Assembly (NCBI RefSeq): GCF_006345805.1
Contig: NC_043007.1
Span: 46,810,001 to 46,874,000, forward strand
Source of the DNA: Octopus sinensis
Lineage: Eukaryota
DNA length: 64,000 nucleotides
Direction of reading: 5' to 3'
Below, piece by piece: positions 55,831 to 64,000 of the stretch. Position 1 is the first letter of the stretch. The number at the start of each line of letters is the position of its first letter. Below the pieces are notes generated by a model. That model had not been told where the DNA came from. It made no database searches and saw only the letters and a program-made list of their open reading frames with translations. The position numbers and the translations under genes were made by a program.

Positions 55831-56370
55831 ATTTTTACACATTGATCCTGTTGCCATCGGGGCATGCTATATCGATTAGCATATACGTTCTTTGTTTTTA
55901 TTCACCACAACAATATCCAGTTTCCGATATCAGGTCAGTTGATCGCATTAGATTATTGCATCCCACAGGATTTAGCCTTTTTCATCCTCGGTATTTTCGT
56001 CTGTGGTTTTCTCATACCACGTCTTTGCTCTTTGTAGGTTGTGATTTCCACAGAGCTCTCAATGGAACGTTCTTGCCACATTGTCATAGCGTCCTTTGTA
56101 AGCGCGTTGTGCCGATTTCAGGCTAACGGTGTGCCGTACCGTTTCACCCCCTTCGCCACCCATTCTGCATTTTTTCGATGTTGATAGTGTTGTCTATTCT
56201 GCACTTCACATAGTTGGTCCTTAACACTTGTTCTTGAGCTGAGCATATGGGTACCTGTGTCTATATCTTCCGGTCACTCCTCCTCATCCATAGCCGCCGG
56301 TCCTCTGTATCCGTCTACTCATTAACATCTCTTGCAAACTGACCGTATATTTTTCTTTCCTGATTTTTGT
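55831..56370 (-). mobile_element. Decayed R4/Dong-type LINE family F3 fragment
   Basis: YGQFARD..WMRRSD..AQEQVLRTNYVKCRID..CRM..ETV.H..YDNVAR..ILWD..DIVVV..LIDIACP, with several stops. Confidence 0.85.
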
Positions 56371-56393
56371 TTATTATTTTTATTATTATTATT

Positions 56394-56634
56394 CTATGTT
56401 TAACTTTTGCTTTACATTTGCACAAGCTGGCTCAAAGTCTCACCCAGAGACCTCAAGAGACAACATGTTGGAAGTTCATGTTGGTGTTATGCCTAGGGTG
56501 CCATATATTTGGTTTTGTACTTAGTGTTGTGCTAGTGAATGCCTAAAGAAACCATACGAAAATTATGTTTGTTTTAAAACTTGAGATTACAAAGAAAGTA
56601 TTTTGCGTAGGATATGAGCAGTTCCCATGAGCAC
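56394..56634 (-). mobile_element. 3' end of RLE LINE family F2
   Basis: VLMGTAHILRKILSL* followed by a 3' UTR unlike that of F1, then (TAA)n. Confidence 0.8.
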
Positions 56635-56650
56635 TATTATTATTATTATT

Positions 56651-56838
56651 CAGTAGTTTTATTTTTATAGCGTGCTTTCACTTCACTACCGAGCACAGCT
56701 CTGTGTGCCTTGGGTATGTGCTGTGATTTGTTGTGATGCTCTGATGGTTATTGTATGGAAAGTGTTCTGCGTAGGATGTGTGCAGTGCCTAGTAGTGCAA
56801 TTTTCTGTATGTTATATGTGTTTGTAAGTCCTGGGGTT

Positions 56839-56842
<4 letters not shown>
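56651..56842 (-). mobile_element. 3' end of LINE family F1
   Basis: Nearly identical to the reverse complement of ~4984-5174; (TAA)n on both sides. Confidence 0.9.
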
Positions 56843-56918
<76 letters not shown>

Positions 56919-57428
56919 GTACTTTTAATTTGCATGTTTGTTACAATCAATTGCCGAGACACATGCAACGTCCTAGGGCGAATGAAGGATAAGATATGTT
57001 ACAGTATGACTGAAAGCTTGGGGAGGGACAGACATTTAAATTGATAGGGTTTTTCTAAGGATTTGTACAGTATCTGTTCACACAATCTTTTGGATTTCGC
57101 TGAGACATGGTTCTCCTGGGAGATTATGTAGATGTTTCTAACATCCCCTTTTTATCATAGCTAGGACACCCAAAATAACAGGAATAGTTCTCGCTTTAAG
57201 ATGCCATGTCTTTGTACTTCAATTTCTAAGTCCCTATATTTAATCAATTTGTCAAATTCTTTTACAGAAATATTTTTATCAGTGGGAACACTTACATTTA
57301 TTATTTTACAAGTATTTTCTTTTGTGTCTTTAATATCAATGTCTGGACGATTATCCTGGATTGTTCTTTGGCTGTGGACTGGAAAATCGCAAAGGATAGT
57401 GACATTTTAACCTTCAACCATTGTCTCA
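56919..57428 (-). mobile_element. RLE LINE family F4, 3' part
   Basis: NRPDIDIKD..INVSVPTDKNISVKEFDKLIKYRDLEIEV..IPVILG..ILRKTLSI*, with its own 3' UTR ending in (TAA)n at 56843-56918. Confidence 0.85.
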
Positions 57429-57739
57429 GGATGATGTTCATCTCAGTAAGTAGTAGTGCTGATTTTGTAGTGTTTACATATTTTCCAATGTAAATACTGT
57501 CCTACACTATCGTGGAAATTATTTTATTCGGCCCCATACAATATGAATCGTAGCTCGTCAAGATCACGTGGCTGATTGGAGAAGTATAGCAAATCAGACG
57601 TGACCACCAGAAACTTCTCTGCTATCGGTTAAATCGTCTCACTTTATGATATTAGAATTTGAATCGAAATTCCAGCAACATCAAATTCATTAAAAATGAG
57701 ATTTTTTTGTACGCGTGTTTGGACAGGAAAGGTTGTTGA

Positions 57740-57950
57740 CTGGTGGGTCTCAAAAGGAACTTCGCGATATCGTTGATGTGCTTTCGATATAGGGTCCAAG
57801 ATTCAGTACATAAAGCGATGATATCAATACCACCGATACGGGGTGCCAGTTCCAAAGCCTATTGTCTAGATTACCGAAGGTAGAGCTAGCCTTTCCGTTT
57901 CTGGACTCCATCTTAGCATCACTGGACACTGGAGATGATATAAGTGAAGG
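57740..57950 (-). mobile_element. RTE LINE fragment (post-RT region)
   Basis: GKASSTFGNLDNRLWN..LY.TESWTLYRKHI. Confidence 0.6.
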
Positions 57951-58084
57951 AGGAAACAGTATTCAATGTTGTTCCATCAGCATATACACTAGGGGCAATA
58001 GTTGGAGGAAGGTCACAAACGGGCTAATGGACAAGCTCAGTTTTGTTGCCGCTGATGGCCAGACCAAAAGCCTTCCATGCACAT

Positions 58085-58270
58085 ATATTTTATCTTTTAC
58101 TTGTTTCAGTCATTAGACGGCAGCCAAGCTGCGAGGTTGAAGAGTTTTAGTTGAATGAAGCAACCTCAGTACATTTTGTTAAGCCTGGTACTTGTTCTAT
58201 TGTTCTCTATGGCAGAAACATTAAGTTACCGGAACCTAAATACATCTTCACCGGTTGTCAAGGAGTGTTG
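58085..58270 (-). mobile_element. SINE family B 3' part
   Basis: tatcttttacttgtttcagtcatt..cctggtacttgttctatt..accggttgtcaag. Confidence 0.65.
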
Positions 58271-58994
58271 GGGATGCAAACACGGGCAAAGACACACATT
58301 GATAGATTTATACATTCATATTCAAATAATTCTGCTTGTCATTGTGTTACTTAGCCCGTCAGTAATGCTTTCATGGGATTAGTGAAAAGGGCAATGAAAC
58401 AAAAGAGGAGACAAAAAGTGGGAGGGAGAAAAGGAGGAGGAGGAAAAGTGGAGGATAAAAAAAGGCTGTGAGAAGCGTCCATGATGTGAGTTAGAGGGAA
58501 TGTAATTGTAGTGGAACTAGTGGAGCGGCCATGCTTATATTATAAAGCCATAAAAAAAATACACGATCAGGTTCAAACTTCGATCATGTGACCACAGTAG
58601 TACCAACTATAAGCACACATGCATAGAAGGCTGTGTAACAATAATAAAGATATGTTATAGCGAAAGTGCGGGTAAATTTTCACTTACTCTTGTGTATGTA
58701 TATATACAGATAGAGAGTGAGATAGGGGGAGAGAGGAGGAGAGAGGGGAGAAAGTGGGAGAGAGAAAGAGGGAGACAGAGAGAGATACATATTTACGAAG
58801 TGGGCCTGAAAGGATACTGATTTGGTTTAAAGTAAGTATAAGAGGATCAGTTCTTTATTATTTTATTTAGAATATCCCCGTTTCAGATTCCCACAGCGAT
58901 CCTTCAGCACCGTAAAATCACTCCGAAGGTTAGGCCTCCAGCCTGGCCTTTCGCGATAGCCTTAAATCCAGGAACATTTCAGCACCTACCTCGT

Positions 58995-59040
<46 letters not shown>

Positions 59041-59397
59041 TGTGTGTGTGTGTGTGTGTATAAAATTACGTGGAACTAATTCTGAAACATTCTAGTAACA
59101 ATAGAAAACATGATTAGTACAAATATATGTGTGTGTGTGTGTGTGTGTGGATGTATGTATGTATACAGTGAAGGAGACAGGGAAATATTGTGTGTTTGTG
59201 TGAGAGAGAGAGAGAGAGTGATCTTTTATCGTTCAACTGTGGCTCCGCTGGGGCACTGTGTTGCCAATTGAATCTTACCGGGTGTATCTTTTGTTAAGCT
59301 TGGTACTTATTATATCGAACTCTTTTGCGAACCCATAGATGACAGGGATGCCAGCACACCAACGGGTACAAACACAGATAGGATGACACACACACAA

Positions 59398-59445
<48 letters not shown>

Positions 59446-59731
59446 TGTGTGTGAATCGTCTCTCTTTTGTTTTCAGTCAAATCCTCTGATTATACTTGAA
59501 ATAAATAAGAGCAATTGTGCTGGAAATTTCTTTGAGAATTTTACTATCTGCAGCGTAGTTATATCAGCCCTAATTCCGAATTCAATATATATATCCAATT
59601 ATTCTCTGTTTAGTACTGATATTTTTGTCTACCGCTGATTTTTTCATGTCTGTCAATCTGTATAGAAAAAAAATTGCGAATCTAAACTTGCCAGCTATTG
59701 CAACAATGATAAAGGTTTTACTTTATCTTAC

Positions 59732-59819
59732 CTTTTGAGTACTGAGCCTGCATTTATTCCACCGGCAGATCTGGATGCTTTTTCATCAATAGCCGGTAAA
59801 TTCGCCAGAAATGAGGCAG
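59732..59819 (-). CDS. Candidate isolated internal exon of an unidentified host gene
   Basis: 88 bp bounded by catAG and AG|GTAAGA; one open frame, ASFLANLPAIDEKASRSAGGINAGSVLK. The acceptor tract is weak and I recognise no homologue. Confidence 0.25.
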
Positions 59820-61788
59820 CTATGTTATAAGTGTTTCAAAGAAGTTTGATTCCTGATAAAACGCTTTACGAATGATAGAAATGAAACGTTATTCAATACT
59901 TTTGCAGGGAACTTGTACTTTGTAACCATCCAAAATAAACATCGCCCAAATACTCATATTGAATTTTCATATAGGTATTGTAGAAGTTCCATCGTTATGT
60001 CAGATTTAAGAGCTTATTGATTTCAATGCTATACAGAATAATGCTATACAGAATGAATGTTATACAGAAAGAATTCTCTACAGAAGAATGCTATATAGAA
60101 AGAACTACTTGATGATCAGATAGATACTCTAGGAAGTAGTGGTTAAAAGACATTTTAATCGTTACTTCCTTTCAAATGATATATATTTCTGTGCTGGACT
60201 GAGAGAAACATTTCAGATTATCTTCGAGGTACGGCATAAAACCTCGAAAATAATTGAGCGTTTCACTTTTTTCAAAATGGTATTTTCTTGTATATAGTTG
60301 AGAACGAAAAACAAATATGGTAGCAACCACAAAATAAATTAATGATAATATTTCAGTCGTATTTTAAAATTGCGCTAAATTATTTAGAAAGCAATTAACC
60401 GAAGTCTGGTTTTGAGATAATTAAATGGTTTCGAAGTAATGTATTTCTACGAATAATTTCCTACTTACATATCTTTCGCACAAAATGTTTTCTACTTGAC
60501 CAAACACATTTCATTGAACGACTCTGTGGTGAAATTTACCCACCTCACAGGCATATACACACACATACCCACATGTATATATAGGTACATATTTCCATAT
60601 ATGCGCTAGCGTGTGTGCGTGGGTGTTCGTATGTACACACATTTGGCTTACACCTGCGCTCAGGTTTACGTCTTCATATCGTTATAACTGAGAGAGTTGT
60701 AAACTAGTATTATTAGTCAGTATTAATATTACGCCCTGCACTAACCTGCCAGTTAATATAAATGCTCGAAGCAGGAAACATCTAACAATTCACAGGGCCT
60801 TGCTAACTGCGCTTACTATTACTCTGAAACTTAAGTATATTCACTTGTGTAACAACTAATTATTGGCCTTACTGCAGCTGGACAGAATCATGTTATATGT
60901 GTGTGTGTTTTTGTGAGTGTGTGTGTGTGTGTAGTTTTGTATGTTTTGTGTTTGAGTGCATGCATATATGTATGTATGTATGCATTTAAGTATGTACGTG
61001 TGTGCTTGTGTGTTTGTGTGTATTTAAGTATATATATGCGTATATTTGCATGGACTTAAGCGATGAAATAGTTTTCAGTTTCTTAAAAAGATTGAAGAGT
61101 TAGTCGTTTTAATTCATCATGGGTATTAGAGATACTATTATAAAACTTATATAGTTAGAGCCTTCCATGCATTTTGATGGGGGTCGTGTAGGTGAACCTG
61201 ATTCCTAATGGCTATAATGTTAACACTTCTGAGTTACATGGGGGAGTTAGTTGTGACATTACGTTTAACGTGTTTACAGGAAATAAAACAAAATTACATG
61301 GAACTAACTCTGAAACATTCTAGTAACAATGGAAAACACTATTAGTATATTCTTATTGGTTATAGCTATAAATTTTAAGCATGCTACTCGTAAGGCGTTT
61401 TCACTATTCGCTTGCAATTATCGATTGATATAAGTTCCCTTACTTAAAACTTTCCGGAAAGCATTATAAACGGTCTGCTACTTAGGATGGAAGTAATCTT
61501 ACTCCAAGCTGATACTTGATTCCCATCTGTTTTCATTTTACATTTTATTTTACTACTTTCCTTTTAAAATATATTAATATCAAGAGACTGTTTTCCAAAT
61601 TTTTAACAGTCACTATGTTGCATGCGAAAGATACAGATATCTATGTAGCAGTAAGCCATCATCGTTTAATCCTAGGCGGGAATTCTTCAATGTCTACTAT
61701 ATTAGCAATGATACAAATGCAACGGCTCCATTCCGTCTCATATAAAAGGGTTTACATATAGAGTGCATTATATATATGTATTTGTATA

Positions 61789-62430
<642 letters not shown>

Positions 62431-62571
62431 ATATCCACTGAATCGGAAATCTGCAATGGCTCGAAACTACCGTCTAGGCTATAAGTCGGAGCCCCAGTAA
62501 TCCGCTACAGCACTTATCTAGCGAACCTAATCGTTTAGATCACCAGTGAAAAAAACTCCCCACAATCTGTA

Positions 62572-62602
<31 letters not shown>

Positions 62603-63257
62603 AGCAATAATAAATCTCTGGGCGAGGTATAAACAGTAGCTGCATGATTTCGAAGCATTGCCGTAAAGAACGGATGTGAGCTACACTGCTAAAACTTAGT
62701 GTGCATTCACAACAGAGTTCAAGGTCAATCAGTGCTAAGTGACTTTAATCGAAGCGCTTTAGTTTCGCTACTATAGCAACAATCCGGATACTTATTTGTC
62801 AGACGATGTGACTGATAATGTTTCTTACTCTAACGCTGCTTCTGTTTCCTATTTGAATTTATTATGCATTGCTCATACATAACCGCACATGGTTTGCATG
62901 TTATATGCATGTAAGTCGTGGACTGGCGAATTTATTTTTATCTGGTCTTGTTCGGGTACGTGGTGTTGATAAGACACTAAAATAGCGAAACATCCAATAT
63001 AACCATAAAGCTGACTCCTAATTCCTAGATGGGATTAGGAGTCAGTTATCTCGGTTTGATCAAATGTATACAAAAACGGAGACTAAGACTGGCGTAGGAA
63101 CAACACGCAAGTGTATTAGTTTGAATCTCGGGTAGAACGGAAAAGTCTTGTTTCGACCCTATGCTTTTCGACAAAGAGGAATAAGGGGAAGTAAATAGAG
63201 AATAAACAAAAAAAAACGGGTTCATTTGAGTTGTCCATCATGTCGATTGAAAATGCA

Positions 63258-63335
<78 letters not shown>

Positions 63336-63405
63336 CGGGAACCAACATGACAAATACACATCCCTACATCTATATATACCTACAGATTCATATACATACA
63401 TACCT

Positions 63406-63438
<33 letters not shown>

Positions 63439-63520
63439 CATACATACATATATACATATACATACATATATTTATACATACATATATTCACACATATATA
63501 CATATATATATATACACGTA
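63258..63520. repeat. (AC)n/(AT)n/(ACAT)n low-complexity tract
   Basis: Direct reading. Confidence 0.9.
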
Positions 63521-64000
63521 TCGATGTACATATACTGTAACAAATGGATGATAATTAGAATATTGATACAGGTGAGGATCAGTCTGTTAATTTTGAGCTA
63601 CTTGCAGAAAAAGATTGGCTTCCCCGATTCAAAATTATCCGTGATCCAGTTGCCTAGCGAAGGATTGCATATTCTTACAGGTGTGTGGTATATGATTATC
63701 TCTATATACCATACTATTGAATTGGCAGGGTGGATTTTATTGTTTAGGACAACATTATACCTTCTCGGTACTGTTTGAGATGAAAGCAAATCTCAGTGTA
63801 AACATTCAGCATTATGGTTATATTGAACATTATGAAATATCACTAAATTTATTTAAGACTAAGATTTTGTCTGAGACAAAATTTAGTACCAACTGTAGCA
63901 ATCTGAGCCAAAAGTTAGACACTTCCTTCACTGTTTCGAGATTAAATTATGCTAGTCTGTCAACGCGTCTTCTTGCGTGCGTATTTGCATATGGCTCTTA

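Noticed and set aside
58865-58920. Minus-strand CTGAAGGA..TGAAAC hammerhead-like motif
   Set aside because: The core deviates from CUGANGA, and neither stem I nor stem III can be formed.

Overview
AT-rich, microsatellite-dense eukaryotic DNA. The SINE families resemble those I know from octopus, so a cephalopod genome is the likely source (inference). I found no intact host gene, rRNA, tRNA or CRISPR array, and most listed ORFs are microsatellite artefacts. The window is a graveyard of transposable elements. It holds a Naiad-type Penelope-like element with a hammerhead ribozyme (start to 1.67 kb) and two nests of R4/Dong-type RLE LINEs in (TAA)n arrays (3.3-6.1 kb and 53.8-57.4 kb, at least four families). 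It also holds RTE LINE fragments, one with a twin-priming-like 5' inversion, and an L1/Tx1 LINE missing its RT core. DNA elements include two hAT transposons with TIRs and TSDs, a non-autonomous Helitron and several long foldback elements, alongside many tRNA-derived SINEs. Other notable structures are a perfect 230-bp palindrome centred on (TA)n, an identical 571-bp tandem unit with a hammerhead-like core, and a 62-bp templated insertion copied from 1.6 kb away. All calls come from reading and hand-translating the sequence. Boundaries are approximate unless TIRs or TSDs are quoted.
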